A DNA stretch of 47,516 bases from a virus, in IMG/VR virus record IMGVR_UViG_3300005607_000005, positions 1-47,516 of that record; one strand, 5' to 3'. This document shows positions 1 through 7,895 of this stretch, piece after piece; position 1 is the first letter of the stretch, and the number at the start of each line of letters is the position of its first letter. Under the pieces are notes generated by a model. That model saw only the letters and a program-made list of their open reading frames with translations, had not been told where the DNA came from and did not search any database. A program made the translations under genes and the position numbers.

Positions 1-110
1 AGGCGCTTATACTTTTTTGATTCATGACTTCCAACTGACATTGCATTGAAGGTGGCATTACGATGTTGCTCATGGCTAAATCTGGACGTAAAGCAGACCG
101 GCACAAAAAG
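1..110. repeat. Terminal direct repeat: bases 1-110 are identical to 47407-47516. The window is a circular or terminally redundant 47406-bp unit opened arbitrarily.
   Basis: Direct comparison of both ends: aggcgcttatacttttttgattcatgac...agaccggcacaaaaag occurs at both positions with no mismatch. Confidence 0.95.
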
Positions 111-308
111 ACCGCTTTCACGCTCCGTCTTGAAGACCGCTTGCGTGATCGATTGGAAATACTGGCTGACCGCAATGCCACCGACATTACGACTGAGATT
201 GTGATTGCCATTAGGGAACGGTTAGAGCGTAGCGGACTTTGGCCTCCCCCTCCTCCTCCACCCGAGCCTCCCACGTCCAAGAAATCTAAAGGCAAAAGCG
301 AGCATTAA
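63..308 (+). CDS. Ribbon-helix-helix (CopG/Arc/MetJ-like) DNA-binding protein with a Pro/Lys-rich tail; candidate switch regulator
   Basis: 81-aa ORF. The segment KTAFTLRLEDRLRDRLEILADRNATDITTEIVIAIRERLE fits a beta-strand plus two helices RHH pattern. First gene downstream of the AT-rich divergent promoter region. Confidence 0.7.
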   Translation: MLLMAKSGRKADRHKKTAFTLRLEDRLRDRLEILADRNATDITTEIVIAIRERLERSGLWPPPPPPPEPPTSKKSKGKSEH

Positions 309-370
309 GGCGATTGACTCCCGCCCTCTGCTTCCCGACACTAACTCCGCCGTCGGAGACGGCCGGTCTT

Positions 371-412
371 GGGCCCGCGTCGCAGAGAGGTCGGCGCGGG
401 CCCTTTTCTCTT
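371..412 (+). terminator. Intrinsic terminator after the RHH gene
   Basis: 9-bp GC stem gggcccgcg (371-379) / cgcgggccc (395-403), followed by ttttctcttt. Confidence 0.55.
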
Positions 413-495
413 TCCCTTCCTTGTCACCCGCTCTCCCGCACGCAACCACGTCCCTTACCTTCAGCCGTCGCCTGTAACGGCTGAGGGCCTGAACC

Positions 496-678
496 ATGTC
501 CGAAGAACCCTTGTTGACGACGGCCGATCTGGCTCGGCGTCTGCGCGTACGTCCCGACACGGTGTCGCGCTGGTCCAGTAAGGGCCTGTTGCCGCGCGTG
601 CGGCTGCCCGATGGACGCTGGCGGTTTCGCTGGTCGGAGGTGGAAAAAGCGCTGACGGCAAGTTCGCCCGCGAAGTGA
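496..678 (+). CDS. Excisionase-family / MerR-like helix-turn-helix DNA-binding protein
   Basis: 60-aa ORF. TTADLARRLRVRPDTVSRWSSKGLLPRVRLPDGRWRFRWSEVEKAL matches the typical excisionase-type HTH pattern. Located in the integrase module. Confidence 0.7.
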   Translation: MSEEPLLTTADLARRLRVRPDTVSRWSSKGLLPRVRLPDGRWRFRWSEVEKALTASSPAK

Positions 679-684
679 AAGAAG

Positions 685-755
685 AGCCCCGCCGGCGGAT
701 TCCGGGCCCTCGCCTGCTAAGCCAGGGGCCTTCGGTTCAACTCCGAACGGGGCTA
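685..755 (+). tRNA. tRNA-like element or possible degenerate tRNA (candidate anticodon GCU); D-arm not canonical
   Basis: Perfect 7-bp acceptor pairing AGCCCCG (685-691) / CGGGGCT (748-754). Perfect T-arm TTCGG-TTCAACT-CCGAA (731-747) with a canonical T-loop. Anticodon-like loop CTGCTAA (714-720) with U33 and purine 37, on a stem with one C-C mismatch. No convincing D-stem and no U8. Confidence 0.35.
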
Positions 756-871
756 CTACCACTGTATCACTCCTGGAGTCAGAGACCTTGTTTTTGCTGG
801 AAATCCGTACCCTGGCACTGCTTCCGTGTCGAATAATTAGGGCAAAGCGCCCTTCCTCATGGAGACACCCT

Positions 872-1093
872 ATGGGCATGACCCAGTCATACGAGCGTGT
901 CAGCCCCGCCGCGGTCGCCCTCGATCTGGGCGTCAGCGCCGAGGAAGTCATGGACTGGCTGGACGACGGCCTATTGATCCGCCGTCTCCTGCAGGCCTTG
1001 CGGGCCCGCAACCGCGAAATCTCCCGACTGCGTGCCTTCGCGCCGGCCGCGGCCCTCCACGACCGCGGGCTACCTTCGCACAACGACGCCTGA
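872..1093 (+). CDS. Hypothetical protein, possible small HTH protein
   Basis: ORF-track frame 788-1093, trimmed to ATG at 872 (MGMTQSYERVSPAAVALDLGVSAEEVMDWLDDGLL...). Confidence 0.4.
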   Translation: MGMTQSYERVSPAAVALDLGVSAEEVMDWLDDGLLIRRLLQALRARNREISRLRAFAPAAALHDRGLPSHNDA

Positions 1094-1126
1094 GTTACGA
1101 GTTCGGTGAGTCAGTCAGGCGACAGG

Positions 1127-1489
1127 TCAGGTGTCGGTCAGGTCCTGGTCCGGTGGCAGCGTGTAACCGTCCGCGACCAGGACAACCTCGCCGTCGCGTT
1201 TGAGCTGGGCCAGGGTTTGTTTGAAGTGGCTGTTGAACTTGCGGCCGGCCCGGCTGGCGATGGCCTGGCCTTTGAGGGGCCGATCGGCCTCGGCCAGCAC
1301 GGCGAGAATCTGCGAAGCCACGTCCCCCGTGTTCGCCTCCGGGGGCGTCGCCAAGGTCATCTCGGGCAGGCTGAGCTTCAGCTTGCCGGCGGCAAACCGC
1401 ACGGTGACGCTCTGAGCGGACATGCCGTACTGGTGGTAGATGCGTAGCCACAAATCGCGGAGGAATTGGTCCTGGGGAAGGGGTGGCAT
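1127..1489 (-). CDS. Hypothetical protein, possible winged-helix DNA-binding protein of the lysogeny module
   Basis: 120-aa ORF directly upstream of the integrase on the same strand. The C-terminal GQAIASRAGRKFNSHFKQTLAQLKRDGEVVLV looks wHTH-like. Confidence 0.5.
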   Translation of the reverse strand: MPPLPQDQFLRDLWLRIYHQYGMSAQSVTVRFAAGKLKLSLPEMTLATPPEANTGDVASQILAVLAEADRPLKGQAIASRAGRKFNSHFKQTLAQLKRDGEVVLVADGYTLPPDQDLTDT

Positions 1490-1575
1490 GGCGACCTCAC
1501 GGGCGGTCTCTTCTCTCTATCGCCAGGCACTACTATAGTGTACGCAAATACACTTATCAACTCCCCTCCTGGAAG

Positions 1576-2889
1576 TCAGCCGTTCTTGGCCACAAAGGCG
1601 GCGGCGCGTTGCAGGGCCGTCTGCGCATAAATGGCGGCCGTATCCGGCTTGGAGTGCCCCAGCAGGGCCGAGGTCGTGTCCCGATCGGCCAGTTCATCCG
1701 AGAGGGTGGCCGCGACCTTGCGAAGTTGCCCGGCGTTCCACAGCGGAATGGGCGGTAATTGCTCCTCGGAAAGACTCTTTTCCAGGCGTTCTCGGTGCCG
1801 TGCCCGGTTGGCCTTGGCGATGGCAGCATGGAGGCTGCGGCCATAGGTATGCGTGCTGTAGCGCGGCCCCGGCATCTTCTGGCGTTTGCCCAGCGGCTTG
1901 TGCGCCTTGTCCTGACGGCGCTCGCGCAGCCAGGCCTCCATGACCTCCTTGGGGCTGAAGAGATAGGCATCGGCGGCCCGGTATTCGAGGAAGGGCTTGA
2001 GCACGGCCTGCGCCTGTGGCCCCAGCGGCACCAGGCGCCGCTTGCCGCGCCAGAGCGTCTTGTGCCCCTCGGGGACGTAAACCCAGACGGTCACGCCCTC
2101 GGCCTCGACGGCGGTGACATACATGGGCGGGTCGGTTTCCGGGACCTCCAGCTTTTCCTCGGCCGTGGTCGCGATGTCACAGCGGCGCATGGCGCAGACC
2201 TCACCGGGCCGCATGCCGGTCAGTCGGCCGAGCTGCACCATGGCGCGCACGGCGAAATTGCAATAGGGCAGGGTGGCGTCCACGACCCAATCCTCGACGG
2301 CGACGCTGCGCTTGACCTCGCGTCCCCCTTCATGCTTGCGGAGGGCGACCACGGTACGCAGCGCGGCCGCACTGCCGGGCGGCGCGTACTTCTGGGATTC
2401 GAGCCACGTCCAGGCCGTTTGTAGACAGCTCACTAGCTTGTTGACGTAGCGACGCGAGAGAGTCGGCGCTCGCTTGGGGTCTTTGACCCGGCGGCTCTGG
2501 GTGCGCAGCAGCACCTCGCGCACCGCCTGCAGCGCGAGCTGGTCGAAGTCGGCGACCGGCTTGGTCCCATAGTGCGCCACGGCGACGGCGCAGGCGGCCC
2601 GGACGCGGGCGCGCTGGCGGTGGTCGTGATACTTGTGTTCAGCATAGCGCAGATAGCGGGTCAGGGCCCCGGCCACCGAGAGCAGTTCATAACGATCGGT
2701 CGGCGCCCGCTCGCCAGGTGGCGGCCCACCCTGTTGCTGCAGGAGCATTTCGGCGAGGAGTCGCCGATACTGAACTTCTGCCTCCTGGCGGTCCTTGCCG
2801 AGGTAGTGGTCGTGGCCATCGAGATGGACGCGAAACTGCCCGGACGCCTTGTGGAAATGCAGCTGCGGAATGCCTTTTTGCCGGCCCAC
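1576..2889 (-). CDS. int: Tyrosine recombinase / phage integrase
   Basis: 437-aa ORF with a GTG start. Catalytic-domain pattern GMRPGEVCAMRRCDI ... HTYGRSLH ... LLGHSKPDTAAIYAQ is typical of phage integrases. A tRNA fragment lies 114 bp upstream of its start. Confidence 0.9.
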   Translation of the reverse strand: MGRQKGIPQLHFHKASGQFRVHLDGHDHYLGKDRQEAEVQYRRLLAEMLLQQQGGPPPGERAPTDRYELLSVAGALTRYLRYAEHKYHDHRQRARVRAACAVAVAHYGTKPVADFDQLALQAVREVLLRTQSRRVKDPKRAPTLSRRYVNKLVSCLQTAWTWLESQKYAPPGSAAALRTVVALRKHEGGREVKRSVAVEDWVVDATLPYCNFAVRAMVQLGRLTGMRPGEVCAMRRCDIATTAEEKLEVPETDPPMYVTAVEAEGVTVWVYVPEGHKTLWRGKRRLVPLGPQAQAVLKPFLEYRAADAYLFSPKEVMEAWLRERRQDKAHKPLGKRQKMPGPRYSTHTYGRSLHAAIAKANRARHRERLEKSLSEEQLPPIPLWNAGQLRKVAATLSDELADRDTTSALLGHSKPDTAAIYAQTALQRAAAFVAKNG

Positions 2890-3002
2890 GGCCTGACCCT
2901 CCTAGCCTGGTGGGGGATATTCCAGGGTAATTTACCCTGGAATCCTTTCCGGCCGATTCGGGCCACAATCCGTAAAGCCTTCAAAACTAGGGATTTGCTG
3001 AG

Positions 3003-3049
3003 TATCCCCGACAGGATTCGAACCTGTAGCCTTCGGCTCCGGAGGCCGT
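3003..3049 (-). other. 3' portion of a tRNA-Arg(CCG) gene; putative attP core
   Basis: The minus strand reads ACGGC-CTCCGGA-GCCGA (anticodon arm, anticodon CCG), AGGCT, ACAGG-TTCGAAT-CCTGT (T-arm), CGGGGAT-A (acceptor 3' strand plus discriminator). No matching 5' acceptor strand or D-arm lies upstream. It is adjacent to the integrase. Confidence 0.6.
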
Positions 3050-3250
3050 ATCGACCGGCCCCAATTTAGCATTCAAGCCTTTACTTTTCAAGAACTTGTG
3101 CAAGATACCCTCCTGGAGAAACCACCGCCCACTACAGCGGAAAACAACGAGTTTTTTCGTGGCCGAGAAAAGGAAAAGGGTAAGGAGGGTAGACATCGAG
3201 CCCAGGTGCCGCCGGCTGCGGCCAGCAGGTCGTAGCGCTGCTGACACGGA

Positions 3251-3280
3251 CCAAAAAAGAAGCCGCCTGAGCCAGGCGGC
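3251..3280 (-). terminator. Intrinsic terminator closing the long minus-strand operon
   Basis: The minus strand reads GCCGCCTG-GCT-CAGGCGGC (8-bp stem) followed by TTCTTTTTTGG. It lies about 120 nt downstream of the last minus-strand gene, which ends at 3400. Confidence 0.6.
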
Positions 3281-3399
3281 CTGAGCGCGAATCTATCGTC
3301 GTGGTGACTTGTCAGGGAAGGGGTATAGAATGGCGAGGATCACGGTGATAGGACCGGCCCGGGACTGCTGCGCTTTCTCCCGTGGCCGGTCCGTTGCTT

Positions 3400-3834
3400 T
3401 TAGGCGGCGTCTTGCCGATAAGCTGCCACCGCAGCCAAGGCTTCGGCCTCGGTGGCGAACAGGCCCAGGTCGATGCGGATCACTGCACGCCACTTATTCT
3501 TGACCTTGTAGACTCCCTTGCCGCGGCCCGCATCTGCTCGCGTGCGCACGCGACGCCAGGAGCCCGTGGCGGGATTGTCCGAAGGGTGGAAACAGCTAAA
3601 GCCCTGTTCGACGCGGCGGCGCATCAGGTCGATCTTGGCATCGCTGCCGGCAGCCAGCAGAGTAGGCCCGGCCGGGTCGGGTGGCGGGTCGGGCGTTTCC
3701 GGATCGGTGCACTCCACTTCCGTCGTGCAGCGACGACAGCGCAGGCGACGCAGGCCTAGGCGCTGATCCTCCGCACGAGTTATGTCCTCGTAAAGGTGGA
3801 CCCGAGGAGATGATTCGCAAGGTGAGCAAGACAT
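3400..3834 (-). CDS. AP2-domain DNA-binding protein with an N-terminal Cys pairs region
   Basis: 144-aa ORF. The C-terminal GKGVYKVKNKWRAVIRIDLGLFATEAEALAAVAAYRQ fits the AP2/ERF-like pattern common in phage proteins. Confidence 0.6.
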   Translation of the reverse strand: MSCSPCESSPRVHLYEDITRAEDQRLGLRRLRCRRCTTEVECTDPETPDPPPDPAGPTLLAAGSDAKIDLMRRRVEQGFSCFHPSDNPATGSWRRVRTRADAGRGKGVYKVKNKWRAVIRIDLGLFATEAEALAAVAAYRQDAA

Positions 3835-3878
3835 CGTTGTCTCTTCCAGGGCGTCCAGAGGGCGGTGGGTAGAGGGCG

Positions 3879-3920
3879 GTCAGGGCTCAGGATTCAGGAG
3901 TCAGGGCTCAGGAATCAGGA
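3879..3920. repeat. Tandem 21-nt direct repeat (2 copies, 1 mismatch) upstream of the AP2 gene
   Basis: gtcagggctcaggattcagga (3879-3899) is followed immediately by gtcagggctcaggaatcagga (3900-3920). Confidence 0.85.
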
Positions 3921-3941
3921 TCCGAACGCGGTACTCCGCAC

Positions 3942-4088
3942 TCACTTGAACTGGGAGAAAATTGAGCGACACAAGGGACAATGGACCAGGCGGCCCCGGC
4001 CGCCGGCTCCGTCCTCCTCCCAGGGGCCCTGCCAGTACCAGAAGCGATGAAAGAGGCGGCACAGCCAACGTTGGAACGTGCGTTTCAT
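3942..4088 (-). CDS. Small hypothetical protein (48 aa, MKRTFQRWLCRLFHRFWYWQGPWEE...)
   Basis: Hand-translated ORF below the track cutoff. ATG is preceded by GGGAGAGAGC. Weak support. Confidence 0.25.
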   Translation of the reverse strand: MKRTFQRWLCRLFHRFWYWQGPWEEDGAGGRGRLVHCPLCRSIFSQFK

Positions 4089-4097
4089 GCTCTCTCC

Positions 4098-4220
4098 CTA
4101 GAGCAGGTGAGCGACGATCAAGCAGGCGGCCGCGATGAGCGCCAGGGCGAAGACGCAACCCGAGACAAACACACTCAACAGCAGACACCCCAGCGGGGCC
4201 CGCGCCCGAACACTGCTCAT
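4098..4220 (-). CDS. Small hydrophobic membrane protein (40 aa)
   Basis: Hand-translated MSSVRARAPLGCLLLSVFVSGCVFALALIAAACLIVAHLL. Its ATG overlaps the stop of the upstream gene (ATGA at 4217-4220), suggesting translational coupling. Confidence 0.4.
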   Translation of the reverse strand: MSSVRARAPLGCLLLSVFVSGCVFALALIAAACLIVAHLL

Positions 4221-4564
4221 GCGTCTCTCTCCTCTTCGACATCCAGCTGGCAGATCGCCTCGTGCAGCTCAGCTTGCAGTTTGGCAATTTCCGCCTCCTC
4301 GACGGCAGCGAGGGTCACGTCGTTGGTCTGGTAGGCTTCGCGATAGCGCTGCAGTTGCTGGCGGCGGATCTTGGCCACGGCGCGGGCGTAGTTCAGCCGC
4401 AACTCGGCACGCGTCTTGGGTGGTTCCTGGTAGAGTTTCACTTGTGCATCCCTGCTGGATTGGTCGCTCACTGGCAGGGCCCTGGTGAGGTACAACCACG
4501 ATGGGGGCGCCTCCACCAGATACCGAGGCGCACCCGTGGACCGAAGTAGCCGATGCCGCCGCAC
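4217..4564 (-). CDS. Hypothetical coiled-coil protein; the true start may be GTG at 4441
   Basis: 115-aa ORF. The C-terminal half ELRLNYARAVAKIRRQQLQRYREAYQ...AEIAKLQAELHEAICQLD is helical. Confidence 0.45.
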   Translation of the reverse strand: MRRHRLLRSTGAPRYLVEAPPSWLYLTRALPVSDQSSRDAQVKLYQEPPKTRAELRLNYARAVAKIRRQQLQRYREAYQTNDVTLAAVEEAEIAKLQAELHEAICQLDVEEERDA

Positions 4565-4944
4565 AGATCGGCCGGCCTACACCACTGGCTGCGCAGCTCC
4601 TGGACACGGATCTTCAGCCATTCCACGGTGGGATAACTGTCGCGGCGGGCGACCTCGATCAGGCCGCCCTTGCCATCCGGTAAGGCCATGATGACACCGG
4701 GAAGATGCTGCTGGCCGGGGTAGACTTCGACGCGCACACTGACGCAGCCTTCGACTACCTGGGCCGGCTGGCGCACGAAGATCAGGAGGGCCTTGTTCTG
4801 GGCCGTGGCTTGCTGGCAGGCTTTCTCCAAGCAGTCGCAAGCTTTTGGGCACGCTTGGCTGCAGGCCGGGCCGCAGGGACAGTCGGCGCGACTGGGTGGA
4901 CTTGCCGCACAAAGACACAAAAGGGCAAGGCACAAGCGGTACAC
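4468..4944 (-). CDS. Secreted Cys-rich hypothetical protein
   Basis: 158-aa ORF. The N-terminus MYRLCLALLCLCAASPPSRA looks like a signal peptide, followed by a CPCGPACSQACPKACDCLEKAC cluster. Confidence 0.5.
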   Translation of the reverse strand: MYRLCLALLCLCAASPPSRADCPCGPACSQACPKACDCLEKACQQATAQNKALLIFVRQPAQVVEGCVSVRVEVYPGQQHLPGVIMALPDGKGGLIEVARRDSYPTVEWLKIRVQELRSQWCRPADLCGGIGYFGPRVRLGIWWRRPHRGCTSPGPCQ

Positions 4945-4956
4945 AACGGTCTCCTT

Positions 4957-5472
4957 TCACTTGGGCGGTGCATCCGGAAGGACGAGACGCCAATCTTTCT
5001 CGTTGAAGACAGGCGGCGGAACGGGGGGGGTAGGTTGGGGCGGCGCCGGCGCAGGAAGGATAAGCGGTGCGGGTGGCTGACCAGGAAAAGAAGCGGGCCG
5101 CGACAGCCAAGAAATCGCGGCGGCTCCCAGTATCGTCCCGATCAGCAGCATCGCGGCGACCAGGCCCAGCGTCATCAGTTGGCCCACCTGGCAGGAGCCA
5201 GCCGACGCCGGCGCGGCCGCCGGTGCTCCGGCGGGAGTCACGGCCGCTGCCGGCGTCTGGGCCGGCCCAGGTGCAGGCACGGCGGCCGCCGCCGGCTGCG
5301 GCGCCGTCAGGATATTGACAGTCGATCCGGGGAACGTGCTCACGTTAGTCTCCGGGTCGAGGCCCAGGCCCTTGGCGGTTGCCTTGCGCAGCAGAGCCTG
5401 CGTTTCGTTCTGATCATGGGCGTGCAGCGTATAGAGCCAGCTGAGCACCTGATCCTTTAATCCCGGACTCAT
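4957..5472 (-). CDS. Hypothetical membrane protein with a Pro/Ala-rich linker and one TM helix
   Basis: ORF-track frame 4957-5586, trimmed to ATG at 5472 (MSPGLKDQVLSW...) because the upstream gene ends at 5523. TM segment LMTLGLVAAMLLIGTILGAAAISWL. Confidence 0.5.
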   Translation of the reverse strand: MSPGLKDQVLSWLYTLHAHDQNETQALLRKATAKGLGLDPETNVSTFPGSTVNILTAPQPAAAAVPAPGPAQTPAAAVTPAGAPAAAPASAGSCQVGQLMTLGLVAAMLLIGTILGAAAISWLSRPASFPGQPPAPLILPAPAPPQPTPPVPPPVFNEKDWRLVLPDAPPK

Positions 5473-5522
5473 GTCATATCCCCCGAGAATATTCAGCTCG
5501 CGTCGCGCACGGCTGCCGGGGG

Positions 5523-5939
5523 CTACTGAGGGCGAGTTGCTGTGGTTGCCGCCTTGTAGGCATTGACCAGGGCCACCACGAGACACGACAGCAAGGGATT
5601 GGCTTGCAGAATGCCGAGCAGGTTCATCCCATCCGTAGTAACGGTAAAGCCTGGCTGTTGCTGGGCCGCCGGTTGCGGCGTCGTAGGCGTACGAGGTGTC
5701 GGCACGGCAGGGGTTGCTCCAGAGGTTGCGGCCGGGGGCGCCACGGGCGGCGGCGTTTGGGCCATCTGTTGCATGTTCTTGAGCGCTGCGGCGGAAGCCG
5801 CGGCCATCTGGGCTACGGCGTCGTTGGATGCCTTCACAAACGCATCCAGTTGGGTCTGAATGGTGCTCGTGAAGGCATCCAACTCGGCCTGAGACAACCC
5901 AGGAGGGGCTGGGCTGGCCGTGGTGGCGTCGGTCGTCAT
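5523..5939 (-). CDS. Hypothetical protein (helical N-terminus, Pro/Thr-rich middle)
   Basis: 138-aa ORF in the same-strand gene train. Confidence 0.5.
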   Translation of the reverse strand: MTTDATTASPAPPGLSQAELDAFTSTIQTQLDAFVKASNDAVAQMAAASAAALKNMQQMAQTPPPVAPPAATSGATPAVPTPRTPTTPQPAAQQQPGFTVTTDGMNLLGILQANPLLSCLVVALVNAYKAATTATRPQ

Positions 5940-5975
5940 AGGAAGACCTCGACTCGGGCGCGGAGTCCCACAGGA

Positions 5976-6305
5976 TTACGAAGCTTTGGGCAGCGTGCCG
6001 GTCGGCAAAATCCAGTTCGGCGCAACAAAAGGTTGGGGAGTCGGCACATGCGAGGTGCTGTTGAAATCCGCGATCTGCCCGGGGTCGCCCGCCCGCATGA
6101 GCATGGCGGTCAGGTTGTAACCGAAGACGCGGTTATCTTCCTGCGCGCCATCGCTCTGACGGCCAATGCGCAGCGCCTGCTCGTCGCTCTGACGCTGTAC
6201 GGCAAGGCCCCAGCCAGCCAAGAGCTGCCCGGCGATGGTTGGATCCATGTATGCTCTCCTATCTTTGGAAAAGGGAAAAATCAGGGGAACCTCTTCCCCT
6301 GCCAA
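5976..6305 (-). CDS. Hypothetical protein (alternative ATG start at 6248)
   Basis: 109-aa ORF immediately downstream of the protease-collagen gene. Confidence 0.45.
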   Translation of the reverse strand: MAGEEVPLIFPFSKDRRAYMDPTIAGQLLAGWGLAVQRQSDEQALRIGRQSDGAQEDNRVFGYNLTAMLMRAGDPGQIADFNSTSHVPTPQPFVAPNWILPTGTLPKAS

Positions 6306-6312
6306 ACAGGGC

Positions 6313-7671
6313 TCACTGAGAAGGCGAGCTACCTTGCTGCTTGTTGGGCACCAACGCCAGTTTCAACGTGCCACCCAACTGCACGAACTGGCTCTGCAGG
6401 ATGTTGCCGTGGCAGTCCACGACATCGACCGTGAGGCCCGTGCCGGCCAGGGCCTTTTTCAGAGCCTCCTGGTCGATCGTGACCGAGCCGCCAGCTGACT
6501 GCTTTTGCAGGATCTGCACGGCGGCCACCAGCGCGGTGACCTGGGCCTGGAGCTGGACGATTGCCGTGGTATGGTCCTTGCCATCTTTGCCAGGAGGGCC
6601 GGGCGGGCCGGTGGGGCCGCCAGCCTTTTCCAGGGCTGTGATCCGGGTATGGAGGCTGGCGATCAGGGCATCGAGTCGCTGGGACAGGGCCCCGACCGAG
6701 GCCAGGGCGGCAGCACCATCGGCGCCGTCCTTGCCGGGAGGTCCCGCCGGTCCAGCAGGTCCCGGCTGCCCACGTTCGCCCGGCGACCCCTGCTCGCCCC
6801 GTGGGCCAGCCGGGCCAGCCGGACCTGGCGTTTTCTGAAGCTGCTCGATCTTGAGGTTGAGGCTGGCTTCCAACGTCTGCAGGCGCTGCAGCAAGATCGC
6901 GTATTCCGCCGAGAAACTCCCCGGTGGCACCGTTCCCGGCTGACCTGGCTGGCCACTACCCGGCGGAGCCGCCGGCGGCACATTGGGCTGGGAGGGCTTC
7001 ACCGAGTCCGGAGCGGGAGCCGGTGGCATACTCCCGCCGCCAGGTGGCAGAGCTGGACTCGGTGGGGTGGGACGCGGCGCCTGCGGGCTGGGCTGGCTGG
7101 GCGGACAACTCGGCTGCGTGGATGGCCGCCGTCGGCGTAGCCGGGGTAGGCACACTTCGGCCACAAAGCGGTTGAGCTGGGCCGTGCCTGGCCCAAAAGC
7201 CTGGGCGTGATGGCCATTCTCGTAGCCCGTGATGGCCCCTAGCAAGCGGCCCTGCTCATCAAACCAGCCGCCGCCGGAATCGCCCGAGTACACCTCGGTA
7301 TCCGCATAGAGCCGGCCCTCGCAACGCAACAGCCGGCCGATCAGGATCGACGGCCGCGACGGCGAGCTACGACCCGCGGGATAGCCGATCTTCCAGACGC
7401 GGCTGCCGCGCGGCGGCGGCGCGGCCGCCACGGCCGTCGCCGGCAGGGGACCGTCGGGCTGAAATTCGAGAGCGGACAAATCGGTGTCGGGCTCTTGCGC
7501 CAGGATGGTGCTAGGGAACTTCTTGCCGTTGCGGAAGGTGATGGTCGCCGCGCTGGCGCCCTTGGTCACATGGGCGGCCGTGATGACGACGCCGTAGCCC
7601 TCGCAATAGATATTCGTGCCCGAGCCGCCATAGCGCGTGTTGCAGGCCACATTGACCACACAATCGGCCAC
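6313..7671 (-). CDS. Trypsin-like (S1 family type) serine peptidase domain fused to collagen-like Gly-X-Y repeats and coiled coils
   Basis: 452-aa ORF with a GTG start. His motif VVITAAHV, Asp in PDTDLSALEF, Ser motif YSGDSGGGWFD. Then a Pro-rich linker, 12 Gly-X-Y triplets (GPAGPAGPRGEQGSPGERGQPGPAGPAGPPGKDGADG), a helical segment and 5 more triplets (GPTGPPGPPGKDGKD). Confidence 0.75.
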   Translation of the reverse strand: MADCVVNVACNTRYGGSGTNIYCEGYGVVITAAHVTKGASAATITFRNGKKFPSTILAQEPDTDLSALEFQPDGPLPATAVAAAPPPRGSRVWKIGYPAGRSSPSRPSILIGRLLRCEGRLYADTEVYSGDSGGGWFDEQGRLLGAITGYENGHHAQAFGPGTAQLNRFVAEVCLPRLRRRRPSTQPSCPPSQPSPQAPRPTPPSPALPPGGGSMPPAPAPDSVKPSQPNVPPAAPPGSGQPGQPGTVPPGSFSAEYAILLQRLQTLEASLNLKIEQLQKTPGPAGPAGPRGEQGSPGERGQPGPAGPAGPPGKDGADGAAALASVGALSQRLDALIASLHTRITALEKAGGPTGPPGPPGKDGKDHTTAIVQLQAQVTALVAAVQILQKQSAGGSVTIDQEALKKALAGTGLTVDVVDCHGNILQSQFVQLGGTLKLALVPNKQQGSSPSQ

Positions 7672-7734
7672 GCCGAGGCTTTCCTGACTCTCCCGAACCC
7701 TGGGCGCCTCCGACCGAGGCGCTGGCGGGGTCAG

Positions 7735-7887
7735 TCAGCCCGAGCCGCAATCCTCCAGGATCAGCGGCACTTGGACTTCGTTCGCTGCGACGAGTTGGGG
7801 GACTGGCGGAGGCGCCACGAGGCCCAGCAGAGCCCCACCCGCCGCACCAACCAGCAGGAAGAACGGTATCGTCCAGCGTAGGGTCAT
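7735..7887 (-). CDS. Small membrane or secreted protein (50 aa)
   Basis: Hand-translated MTLRWTIPFFLLVGAAGGALLGLVAPPPVPQLVAANEVQVPLILEDCGSG, lying between two same-strand genes. Confidence 0.35.
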   Translation of the reverse strand: MTLRWTIPFFLLVGAAGGALLGLVAPPPVPQLVAANEVQVPLILEDCGSG

Positions 7888-7895
7888 GAGGTCTC

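Noticed and set aside
3003-3078. A complete tRNA-Arg gene on the minus strand.
   Set aside because: Upstream of the anticodon stem, the sequence (aggcttgaatgctaaattggggccggtcgat) cannot form a D-arm or the 5' acceptor strand ATCCCCG. Only the 3' part is tRNA-derived.
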